Origin: Flaccisagitta enflata
Lineage: Eukaryota
Length of the DNA stretch: 64,000 bases
Assembly (NCBI GenBank): GCA_965153355.1
Contig: OZ231126.1
Location: 2,604,001 to 2,668,000, forward strand
Direction: 5' to 3'
Shown here: positions 1-46,627 of the stretch, one piece after another
Layout of the letters: every line of letters starts with the position of its first letter
Numbering within the stretch: the stretch's first letter is position 1
Notes under the pieces: generated by a model
Told to the model about the DNA's origin: nothing
Database searches by the model: none
What the model saw: the letters and a program-made list of their open reading frames with translations, nothing else
Made by a program: the position numbers and the translations under genes

Positions 1-1188
1 ACTGATTCAGACCAAATTTTTAACTGGAGGTATTTCACATTATGGACTACCTCCATGTAAAATTTCATCAAAATCGGAGCACTTGAAGTACCAAAAATTG
101 CCTTCGAAAATCCAAAATTCTGGAAAAAAAAAACCCAAAAATTGTCTTTGGGCCTGAGATATTGCCATGATATGGCAGGCACCTCTGAACCATGGGCTGA
201 AATTTCTTTAGGGGACTCTTGGTGATGCCCCAAAAAAATTTGGTGACCCTGAGAGCCTTTTTTGGGTGTCAAATAACAATTTATTGAAGACCGTAAAACA
301 AAAAATTGCAAAAATGGCCAATTTTAGGCCTCTTTTCAACCTGTAACCTAAAAAAAAGTTGAAAAATGGCCCTGAAATTTCAAATGCACATGTATAAGAC
401 CCTACTAAAGCTTTTTTGTAAACAATTAAAAGTTTTTGAAAATTTTATGGTACCTTAATTTTGAAAAATCGGCTATTTCGCGATTTTTAAAAAGAAAAAA
501 AAAGCTGTTACCCCCCAAAAAGTTGACCGATTCAGACCAAATTTTTAACTGGAGGTATTTCACATTATGGACTACCTCCATGTAAAATTTCATCAAAATC
601 GGAGCACTTGAAGTACCCAATATTGCCTTCGAAAATCCAAAATTCTGGAAAAAAAAAACCAAAAATCGTCTTTGGGCCTGAGACATTGCCATGATATGGC
701 AGGCACCTATGAACCATGGGCTGAAATTCCTTTAGGGGACTCTTGGTGATGCCAAAAAAAAATTTGGTGACCCTGAGAGCCTTTTTTGGGTGTCAAATAA
801 CAATTTATTGAAGACCGTAAAACCAAAAATCGCAAAAATGGCCAATTTTAGGCCTCTTTTCAACCTCTAACCTAAAAAAAGTTGAAAAATGGCCCTGAAA
901 TTTCAAATGCACATGTATAAGGCCCTACTGAAGCTTTTTTGTAAACAAATAAAAGTTTTTGAAAATTTTATGGTACCTTACTTTTGAAAAAACGGCTATT
1001 TTGATATTGTAAAGATGTAGATCTACTTTGCTATATCACTGATTACCAAGAGAGCAGAAGATATCATGATATCATGATATAATGATAAGTAAGTTTCTGT
1101 TGGACAATCTGTCTAATGGAGCCTATTCTCATAATTACAATATCAAAGACCAGAGCCAGGGCTACCAATGGGGGGGTAGCTGGGAAAA

Positions 1189-1270
<82 letters not shown>

Positions 1271-3556
1271 GGAGGAGGAGGAGGAGGAGAAGGAGAGAGA
1301 GAGAGAGAGAGAGAGAGAGTGAGAGAGAAGGGTGAGTAATTGCACTTCACAATCATTATTTGACACCCAAAAAAGGCTTTCAGGGTCACCAAATTTTTTC
1401 GGAGCATCACCAAAAGTTCCCTAAAGGAATTTCAGCCCATGGTTCATAGGTGCCTGCCACATTTTGGCAATATCTCAGGCTCAAAGACAATTTTTTGGGT
1501 ATTTTTGGGCAAATATTGGATTTTCGAAGGCAATTTTGGGTACTTAAAGTGCTCCGATTTTGATGAAATTTTACATGGAGGTAATTCATGATATGAAGTA
1601 TCCCCAGTAAAAATTTTGTCAAAATCGGTCAACTTTTAGGGGGGTAACGGTTTTTTTTTTCTTTTTAAAAATCGCGAAATAGCCGTTTTTTCAAAATTAA
1701 GGTACCATAAAATTTTCAAAAACTTTAATTTGTTTACAAAAAACCTTCAGTAGGATCTTACACATGTGCATTTGAAATTTCAGGGCCATTTTTCAACTTT
1801 TTTTAAGTTACAGGTTGAAAAGAGGCCTAAAATTGACCATTTTCGCGATTTTTGGTTTTACGGTCTTCAATAAATTGTTATTTGACACCCAAAAAAGGCT
1901 CTCAGGGTCACCAAATTTTTTTGGGGCATCACCAAGAGTCCCCTAAAGGAATTTCAGCCCATGGTTCATAGGTGCCTGCCATATCATGGCAATGTCTCAG
2001 GCCCAAAGACGATTTTTGGGTTTTTTTTTCCAGAATTTTTGATTTTCGGAGGTAATATTGGGTACTTAAAGTGCTCCGATTTTGATGAAATTTTACATGG
2101 AGGTAGTCCATAATGTGAAATACCTCCAGTAAAAATTTTGTCTGAATCGGTCAACTTTTAGGGGGGTAACAGTTTTTTTTTTTTCTTTTTAAAAATCGCG
2201 AAATAGCCGATTTTTCAAAATTAAGGCACCATAAAATTTTCAAAAACTTTTATTTGTTAACAAAAAAGCTTCAGTAGGGTCTTATACATGTGCACTTGAA
2301 ATTTCAGGGCCATTTTCAACTTTTTTTTAGGTTACAGGTTGAAAAGAGGCCTAAAATTGGCCATTTTTGCGATTTTTGGTTTTACGGTCTTCAATAAATT
2401 GTTATTTTACACCCAAAAAAGGCTCTCAGGGTCACCAAATTTTTTTTGGGCATCACCAAGAGTCCCCTAAAGGAATTTCAGCCCATGGTTCAGAGGTGCC
2501 TGCCATATCATGGCAATGTCTCAGGCCCAAAGACGATTTTTGGGTTTTTTTTCCCAGAATTTTGGATTTTCGAAGGCAATATTGGGTACTTCAAGTGCTC
2601 CGATTTTGATGAAATTTTACATGGAGGTAGTCCATAATGTGAAATACCTCCAGTAAAAATTTTGTCAAAATCGGTCAACTTTTAGGGGGGTAACAAAATT
2701 TTTTTTTGTTTAAAAAATCGCGAAATAGCCGTTTTTTCAAAATTAAGGTACCATAAAATTTTCAAAAACTTTAATTTGTTTACAAAAAAGCTTCAGTAGG
2801 GTCTTATACATGTGCATTTGAAATTTCAGGGCCATTTTTCAACTTTTTTTTAGGTTACAGGTTGAAAAGAGGCCTAAAATTGGCCATTTTCGCGATTTTT
2901 GGTTTTACGGTCTTCATTAAATTGTTATTTGACACCCAAAAAAGGCTCTCAGGGCCACCAAATTTTTTTTGGGCATCACCAAGAGTCCCCTAAAGGAATT
3001 TCAGCCCATGGTTCATAGGTGCCTGCCATATCATGGCAATGTCTCAGGCCCAAAGACGATTTTTGGGTATTTTTTTCCAGAATTTTGGATTTTCGAAGGC
3101 AATTTTTGGTACTTCAAGTGCTCCGATTTTGATGAAATTTTACATGGAGGTAGTCCATAATGTGAAATACCTCCAGTAAAAATTTTGTCTAAATCGGTCA
3201 ACTTTTAGGGGGGTAACGAAATTTTTTTTTATTTAGAAAATCGCGAAAAAGCAGTTTTTTCAAATTTTAGGTACCTTAAAATTTTCACAGCCTCATAATT
3301 TTTTACATACAGCTCAATTAGGGTCTAATACATGTGCATGTAAAATTTCATGGCTCTACTCCAAGTTTAAGATGGTTTTTAGGCAAAAAAACGCCAAAAA
3401 CGGCCATTTTGGGCACTTTTTTTTGAGACATTCGAACACGCACCTGATATTGGGTCAAGCAAGCCTGGATTAGTGTTCCCCAAGGTATTACGCACATTTC
3501 AAGACCCAACTTCATAGGGGTCCCCGGATTCGCCCTTTTTATGAAGCTCTACAGTG
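1..3556. repeat. ~523-bp tandem repeat in two oppositely oriented arms (1-~1005 and ~1355-~3400) around a unique/(GA)n spacer; right end ...CTACAGTG; foldback-like element
   Basis: Period seen at 7/532 and 1388/1909/2433/2956; the left arm is the reverse complement of the right arm. Confidence 0.85.
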
Positions 3557-3648
3557 ACTTATTCCTCAGACGGCATAGTCGTATGTTTGCGAGCATTTTT
3601 CCTGAAGAAAAAAAATTCATAGGAAAGTAACGAAACCTCAACAACAAT

Positions 3649-3781
<133 letters not shown>

Positions 3782-3842
3782 CTCCAATGCCGAATCTATT
3801 GTTCAATGTACACACTTCCAAATTCTAAGCATTTTCAAAAAT

Positions 3843-4740
3843 TTTTTTCTTTCTCAATGTTTTGATGTTTTGATAGAGTAATGTGCCTGAAGCATCAAAA
3901 GCTGTGGTACTCTTTGCTTATTTGTCTATTTGGTTGTTGACTAGCGAATGTAGGAGAGGCTTTGTTCCTCACTCAGACATCAAGGATTGTCCATCTATCA
4001 CCACAATCGGTCCATCGGTCCGGCCATCTGTTGGTCCTTGAAAATGTGCATTTCCGCTTGTGCCTCCCTGTCCGCGGCGGTACCACACGTATCAAAAAAA
4101 AAAAAAAAGACGCACCTTTCTTTTTATTGATAAAGCAGATACAAAAAATGATGAAAACTTTATTAAATAGAAACATTTTTGAAGATTTTCAAAAAATCTT
4201 TCAATCTAGACAAATCTCAGGTTTGTATCTCAAAAGGTGAGGAGCTAGAGCCTTCCAAAGAGAAGCGCTAGAGCCTTCCAAAGAGAAGCGCTAGAGCCTT
4301 CCAAAGAGAAGCGCTATTTTTTCTTTCTCAATGTTTTGATGTTTTGATAGAGTAAAGTGCCTGAGGCATCAAAACTGTGGTACTCTTTGCTTATTTGTCT
4401 ATTTGGTTGTGGATTAGCGAATGTAGGAGAGGCTTTGTTCCTCACTCAGACATCAAGGATTGTCCATCCATCACCACAATCGGTCCATCGGTCCGGCCAT
4501 CTGTTGGTCCTTGAAAATGTGCATTTCCGCTTGTGCCTCCCTGTCCGCGGCGGTACCACACATATAAAAAAAAGACGCACCTTTCTTTTTATTGATAAGG
4601 CAGATACAAAAAATAATGAAAATTTTTTCAAATTAAACCATTTTTAAAGATTTACAAAGAATCTTTCAATCTAGACAAATCCCAGGTTTGTATCTCAAAC
4701 GGTTAAGGAGCTTGAGCCTTCCAAAGAGAAGCGCTATTTT
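3843..4740. repeat. ~480-bp direct duplication with a 23-bp triplet (ctagagccttccaaagagaagcg) at the junction
   Basis: 3843-4270 is nearly identical to 4317-4740. Confidence 0.85.
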
Positions 4741-5030
4741 GCTAAAATACACTTTTCAAACAGGGATTTTGAAAATGAAAAAGCAAAGTTTTCATTCAAA
4801 CTAATCCCATTTCCAAACGAAAAAAGATAGAAATACCAGATTGAAACCAAATGAAAGTATTCCAACGGGCTTTCCAATGGTTTACAATTTCATTAGTTTA
4901 TTGAAATCTTTTGCCACAACAAGCTATTCAAAAGTGCGTCTTTTTTATTGAAACGCGTGGTATTCTAACCTCGGGTTGTTTAGCTAGGAGAAGACAGCTA
5001 CTAAAATGCAAAAAGAAGCGTACATTTCAC

Positions 5031-39598
<34,568 letters not shown>

Positions 39599-40254
39599 CT
39601 GCGACGAAAATTAAGAAATTGTGAGGAAAGGTTGATGTAGGATCTTTTCAACTCGAAGCGCATGGAATTAGGCATGAATTCTTCAAGAGGAGGACATTGA
39701 GTTTTGTGACAATTTCACATCAAGAAGTGCAAAAAGAAAAAAAATCAAAGTTGATAGTGCTTAGTATATCCCACAGAGGTCCGCAAAAGGCCCACATCCT
39801 TCCTTAGACTAACTAGACTAACAATATATCTGCCAATTTAAGGCTGCTCCAGAAATTTCTTTACCCGTCGATCTATGAACCCACTAGAGATCATCGACAC
39901 TAGCTAAAAACCAATTGGTTATCAAAAGTTTTGTTTCCCTTATATGTCTTCTTATAAGTTTCGACATCGTGACTGCTAAATGTTGTTGCCATCATGCCAT
40001 TTCCATTTTGTTTCTACAGTATGCAGCAGACTGTAAGACGTGCTCTTTGAAATTTGGTTCCCTCTCAGTCTCAGTCCGCATATGTTACTGATATATGCTT
40101 CGCGTATTAACAAAGGATGTATAAGTGAATGAATGAATTGATGAGTAAATGAATGAATTATTGAATGAATGAGTGAATGAGTGAATGAATGAATGAGTGA
40201 AGGAATGTATTGAGGAATGAAAGAATGATATGCTCGCAACATTTTTCCTTTTTG

Positions 40255-40515
40255 TAAGAAACTTTTCCAGTTCTTGCAAGAACTTTTCCAGTTCTTGCAA
40301 AAACTTTTCCAGTTCTTGCAAGAACTTTTCCAGTTCTTGCAAAAACTTTTCCAGTTCTTGCAAGAACTTTTCCAGTTCTTGCAAAAACTTTTCCAGTTCT
40401 TGCAAGAACTTTTTTCAGTTCTTGCAAGAACTTTTCAAATTCTTGCAAGAGCTCAAAAACTTCTTGCACTTTGACTTCTTGCAAGAACTTTTTCGAGTTC
40501 TTGCAAGAACTTTTT
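40255..40515. repeat. 21-bp satellite with the palindrome GTTCTTGCAAGAAC
   Basis: Unit aagaacttttccagttcttgc. Confidence 0.9.
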
Positions 40516-40521
40516 TCAAAA

Positions 40522-43500
40522 GTACCTTCAATCTCTAACCCAGTTCCTTCAATCTCTAACCCAGTACCTTCAATCTCTAACCCAGTTCCTTCAATCTCTT
40601 ACCCAGTTCCTTCAATGTTCAACCCAGTTCCGTCAATGTTCAACCCAGTTCCTTCAATGTTCAACCCAGTTCCTTCAATCTCTTACCCAGTTCCTTCAAT
40701 GTTCAACCCATTTCCTTCAATGTTCAACCCATTTCCTTCAATGTTCAACCCAGTTCCTTCAATGTTCAACCCAGTTCCTTCAATGTTCAACCCAGTTCCT
40801 TCAATGTTTTACCCAGTTCCCTCTATGTTTTACCCAGTTCCTTCAATCTCTAACTCAGTTCCTTCAATCTCTAACTCAGTTCCTTCAATCTCTAACTCAG
40901 TTCCTTCAATCTCTAACCCAGTTCCTTCAATCTCTAACTCAGTTCCTTCAATCTCTAACCCAGTTCCTTCAATCTTTAACCCAGTTCCTTCAATCTCTAA
41001 CCCAGTTCCTTAAATCTCTAACCCAGTTCCTTCAATCTCTAACCCAGTTCCTTCAATCTCTAACCCAGTTCCTTCAATCTCTAACCCAGTTCCTTCAATC
41101 TCTAACCCAGTTCCTTCAATCTCTAACCCAGTTCCTTCAATCTCTAACCCAGTTCCTTCAATCTCTAACCCAGTTCCTTCAATCTCTAACCCAGTTCCTT
41201 CAATCTATAACCCAGTTCCTTCAATCTATAACCCAGTTCCTTCAATCTCTAACCCAGTTCCTTCAATCTCTAACCCAGTTCCTTCAATCTCTAACCCAGT
41301 TCCTTCAATCTCTAACCCAGTTCCTTCAATCTCTAACCCAGTTCCTTCAATCTCTAACCCAGTTCCTTCAATCTCTAACCCAGTTCCTTCAATCTCTAAC
41401 CCAGTTCCTTCAATCTCTAACCCAGTTCCTTCAATCTCTAACCCAGTTCCTTCAATCTCTAACCCAGTTCCTTCAATCTCTAACCCAGTTCCTTCAATCT
41501 CTAACCCAGTTCCTTCAATCTCTAACCCAGTTCCTTCAATCTCTAACCCAGTACCTTCAATCTCTAACCCGGTTCCTTCAATCTCGAACCCAGTTCCTTC
41601 AATCTCTAACCCAGTTCCTTCAATCTCTAACCCAGTTTCTTCAATCTCTAACCCTATTCCTTCAATCTCTAACCCAGTTCCTTCAATCCTTAACCCAGTT
41701 CCTTCAATCCCTGACCCAGTTCCTTCAATGTTTAACCCAGTTCCTTCAATGTCTAACCTAGTTCCTTCAATGTCCAACCCAGTTCCTTCAATAATTAACC
41801 CAGTTCCTTCAATAATTAACCCAGTTCCCTCAATGTTTAACCCAGTTCCTTCAATGTTTAACCCAGTTCCTTCAATGCTTAACCCAGTTCCTTCAATGTT
41901 TAACCCAGCTCCTTCAATGTTTAACCCAGCTCCTTCAATGTTTAACCCAGCTCCTTCAATGTTTAACCCAGTTCCTTCAATGTTTAACCCAGTTCCTTCA
42001 ATGTTTAACCCAGTTCCTTCAATGTTTAACTCAGTTTCTCCGATGTTTAACCAAGTTCCTCCGATGTTTAACCCAGTTCCTCCAATGTTTAACCCAGTTC
42101 CTCCGATGTTTAACCCAGTTCCTTCGATGTTTAACCCAGTTCCTTCAATGTTTAACCCAGTTCCTTCAATGTTTAACCCAGTTCCTTCAATGTTTAACCC
42201 AGTTCCTTCAATGTTTAACCCAGTTCCTTCAATGTTTAACCCAGTTCCTTCAATGTTCAACCCAGTTCCTTCAATGTTCAACCCAGTTCCTTCAATTTTC
42301 AACCCAGTTCCTTCAATGTTCATCCCAGTTCCTTTAATGTTCAACCCAGTTGCTCCAATGTTTAACCCAGTCCCTCCAATGTTCAACCCAGTTCCTTCAA
42401 TGTTCAACCCAGTTCCTTCAATGTTCAACCCAGTTCCTTCAATGTTCAACCCAGTTCCTTCAATGTTCAACCCAGTTCCTTCAATGTTCAACCCAGTTCC
42501 TTCAATGTTCAACCCAGTTCCTTCAATGTTCAACCCAGTTCCTTCAATGTTTTACCCAGTTCCTTCAATCTATAACCCAGTTCCTTCAATCTCTAACCCA
42601 GTTTCTTCAATCTCTAACCCAGTTCCCTTAATCTTTAACCCAGTTCCTTCAATCTCTAACCCAGTTCCTTTAGTCTCTAACCCAGTTCCTTCAATCTCTA
42701 ACCCAGTTCCTTCAATCTCTAACCCAGTTCCTTCAATCTCTAACCCAGTTCCTTCAATCCCTAACCCAGTTCCTTCAATCTCTAACCCAGTTCCTTCAAT
42801 CTCTTTCACAGTTCCTTCAATCTCTAACCCAGTTCCTTCAATTTCTAACCCAGTTCCTTCAATCTCTAACACAGTTCCTTCAATCTCTAACACAGTTCCT
42901 TCAATCTCTAACACAGTTCCTTAAATCTCTAACACAGTTCCTTCAATCTCTAACACAGTTCCTTCAATTTCTAGCACAGTATCATCAATCTCTAACCCAG
43001 TTCCTTCAATCTCTAACCCAGTTCCTTCAATCTCTAACCCAGTTCCTTCAATCTCTAGCCCAATTCCTTCAATCTCTAACCCAGTTCCTTCAATCTCTAA
43101 CCCAGTTCCTTCAATCTCTAACCCAGTTCCTTCAATCTCTAACCCAGTTCCTTCAATCTCTAACCCAGTTCCTTCAATCTCTAGTTCCTTCAATCTCTAA
43201 CCCAGTTCCTTCAATCTCTAACCCAGTTCCTACAATCTCTAACCCAGTTCCTACAATCTCTAACCCAGTTCCTACAATCTCTAGTTCCTGCAATCTCAAA
43301 CCCAGTTCCTTCAATCTCTAACCCAGTTCTTACAATCTCTAACCCAGTTCCTACAATCTCTAACCCAGTTCCTACAATCTCTAACCCAGTTCCTACAATC
43401 TCTAACCCAGTTCCTTCAATATTTAACCCAGTTCCTTCAATCTCTAATCCTGTTCCTTTAATCTCACACCATGTTTTTTCAATGTTTAACCCAGTTCCTT

Positions 43501-43605
43501 CAATGTTTAACTCAGTTCATTCATTATTTTACTCAGTTCCTTCAATATTCAACCTAGTTCCTTCTAAGTTTAACACAGTTCTTTCTATCTCTAACCCAGT
43601 TCCTC
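40522..43605. repeat. 21-bp satellite (ccttcaatctctaacccagtt), roughly 145 units in variant blocks
   Basis: Direct reading; source of the EIEGTGL/NPVPS ORFs. Confidence 0.95.
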
Positions 43606-43721
43606 AAGTGGCTAAGACATACAAACTATTGAAGGAACTATTGAAGGAAATATCAAAATTCAACTATCAAAAACACCTTAAAATGGAACTTTATTCGATG
43701 GAACTTTTTAAAGTTTGGTTA

Positions 43722-46627
43722 TTTTTAGTCGCGTGCACGCGACTCTACTCGCTCGGTCGGTCGGTCGGTCGGTCCATCGGTCCGTCGGTCTGTCGGTCCG
43801 TCAGTAACACTTTGCTTTTTTGCGTCTTTTTGGGTCGTCTGGAGTTATTTTGAGTCATTTTTTTGTTGTTTTTGGGAATTATTGGTTGCTTTTGGTCATT
43901 TTTGGTCATTTTTGGTCATTTTTGGTCATTTTGGTCATTTTGGTCATTTTGGTCATTTTGGGCCATTTTTGGTCATTTTTGGTCATTTTTGATCAATTTT
44001 GATCATTTTTGGTCATTTCTGGTCATTTCTGGTCATCTTTGGTCATTTTTGGTCATTTTTGGTCATTTATGTCATTTTGGTCATTTTGGTCATTTTTGGT
44101 CATTTTTGGTCATTTTTGGTCATTTTTGGCCATTTTTGATCATTTCTAATCATTTTTGATCATTTTTGATCATTTTTGTCATTTTTTATTTTGTCATTTT
44201 GGTCATTTTTGATCATTTTTGTCATTTGGTCATTTTTGTCATTTTTGGTCATTTTGATCATTTTTGTCATTTTGGTCATTTTTGGGCAGCGGGAAGGGGA
44301 TGTCTGTAGCCTAGAGACTTTCGTTTCGTGCGTGTCCCTCCGCCTTGAGGCTCAAATCCTGGCCTCAAGGCTCAAATCCCACCCTCAGAAGGCTCAAATC
44401 CCACCCTGAAAAGGCTCAAATCCCAGCCTCGAGGCTCACATCCTGGCCTCAAGGCTCAAATCCTGGCCTCAAGGCTCAAATCCCACCCTCAGAAGGCTCA
44501 AATCCCACCCTCAGAAGGCTCAAATCCTACCCTGAGAAAGCACAAATCCCAGCCTTGAGGCTCAAATCATAGCCTCGAGACTCAAATCCCAGCCTCCAGT
44601 CTCCAATCCCAGCCTCCAAGCTCCAATCCCAGCCTCCAGGCTCCAATCCCAGCCTCCAGGCTCCAATCCTAGCCTCCAGGCTCCAATCCCAGCCTCCAGG
44701 CTCCAATCCCAGCCTCCAGGCTCCAATCCCAGCCTCCAGGCTCCAATCCCAGCCTCCAGGCTCAAATCCCAGCCTCCAGGCTCCAATCCCAGCCTCCAGG
44801 CTCCAATCCCAGCCTCCAGGCTCAAATCCCAGCCTCCAGGCTCAAATCCCAGCCTCCAGGCTCAAATCCCAGCCTCCAGGCTCAAATCCCAGCCTCCAGA
44901 CTCAAATCCCAGCGTCGAGGCCCGCACGCATGCACGGACGGACAAACAAAAGTCCCCCTGTGTTCTACAGGACATCGTCCCCTTCGGGGCCGCTGCCCTG
45001 CTACCCATCACCTAGAATAACCAACATACGAAGCAGGGCAACGGGTATCGCTGACCACATATTGCCCTTGGGCGACTGGTTGGTCTTATTTTGGTCTTTT
45101 TTGATCATTTTTGATCATTTTTGGTCATTTTGGTCATTTTGGTCATTTTGGTCATTTTTGGTCATTTTTGGTCATTTTAGTCATTTTTGATCATTTTTGG
45201 TCATGTTTGGGCATTTTTAGTCATTTTTGGTCATTTTTGGTCCTTTTGGGTCAATTTGGTCATTTTTGGTCATTTTGGTCATTTTTGATCATTTTTTGTC
45301 ATTTTGGTCATTTTTGATCATTTTTGGTCATTTTTTATCATTTTTGGTTATTTTTTGGTCATTTTTGGTCATATTGGTCATTTTTGGTCATTTTGGTCAT
45401 TATTATCATTTTTGGTCATCTTTGGTCATCTTGGTCATTTTGGTCATTATGGTCATTCTGGTCATCTTGGTCATTTAGGTCATTCTTGGTCATTTTTGGT
45501 CATTTTGGTCATTTTGGTCATTTTGGTCATTTTTGGTCATTTTTGGTCATTTTTGATCATTTTTGGTCATTTATAGTCATTTAGGTCATTTTGGTCATTT
45601 TGGTCATTTTGGTCATTTTTGGTCATTTTTGGTCATTTTTGGTCATTTTTGCTGGTTAAAGTCTGCTGGTTGAAGTCTGCTGGTTAAAGTCTGCTGGGTA
45701 AAGTCTGATGGTTAAAGTCTGCTGGTTTAAATCTGCTGGTTTAAGTCTGCTGGTTTAAATCTAATGGGTTAAGTCTGCTGGTTGAAGTCTGCTGGTTTAA
45801 ATCTGCTGGTTTAAGTCTGCTGTTTTAAAACTGATGGTTTCAGTCTGCTGGTCTAATGGTTTGAGTCTGCTGGTTAAAATGATATTAAACGTAAAGATAA
45901 TTATGGTTTAAGTCTGGTTTAAGTCTGGTTAAAGTCTGGTTTAAGTCTGGTTTAAGTGTGGTTTAAGTATGGTTTAAGTCTGGTTAAAGTCTGGTTTAAG
46001 TCTGGTTTAAGTCTGGTTTATGTCTGGTTTTAGTCTGGTTTTAGTCTGGTTCAAGACTGGTTCATGTCTGATTTATGTCTGGTTTAGGTCTGGGTTAGGT
46101 CTGGTCTATGTCTGGTTTTTGTCTGGTTTATATTAGATTTAGGTCTGGTTTTGGTCTGGTTTTGGTCTGGTTTTGGTCTGGTTTAATTCTGGTTTGAGTC
46201 TGGTTTGAGTCTGGTTTGAGTCTGGTTTGATTAGGGTTTAAGCCTGGTTTGAGCCTGGCTTGAGCCTGGTTTGAGCCTGGCTTGAGCCTGGTTTTGGTCT
46301 GGTTTAAGTCTGGTTTGAGTCTGGTTTGAGTCTGGTTTGAGTCTGGTTTGAGTCTGGTTTGAGTCTGGTTTGAGTCTGGTTTGAGTCTGGCTTACATCTG
46401 GATTATGTCTGGTTTATGTCTGGTTTATGTCTGATTTAGGTCTGATTTTGGTTTGGTTTAATTCTAGTTTGAGTCTGGTTTGAGTCTGGTTTGAGTCTGG
46501 TTTGAGTCTGGTTTGGGTCTGTTTTGGGTTGTGTTTAAGTCTGATTTTCGATAAAAAGATACAATAAGGAATCAGGTCAGTTCAGTTATTTTTGTCCTGC
46601 ACGCGACTTATAGGTGTTGGCCTTGTT
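43722..46627 (+). mobile_element. Helentron/HINE-like element inflated by internal 9-10, 14 and 11-bp minisatellites and a nested insert
   Basis: 5' ttttagtcgcgtgcacgcgactcta palindrome, (GGTC)n, 3' ggccttgtt; uninterrupted paralogous site at ~47005-47035. Confidence 0.75.

Noticed and set aside
39600-40250. Possible upstream A-type exon of module 1
   Set aside because: The minus-strand frames I translated (about 39900-40090) show no EGF or DxSxS motif, and I saw none in the rest of the interval.
41226-42924. 435-aa and 398-aa ORFs (NIEGTGL / FNPVPS repeats)
   Set aside because: Translations of a 21-bp satellite, open on both strands, with no unique sequence or splice context.
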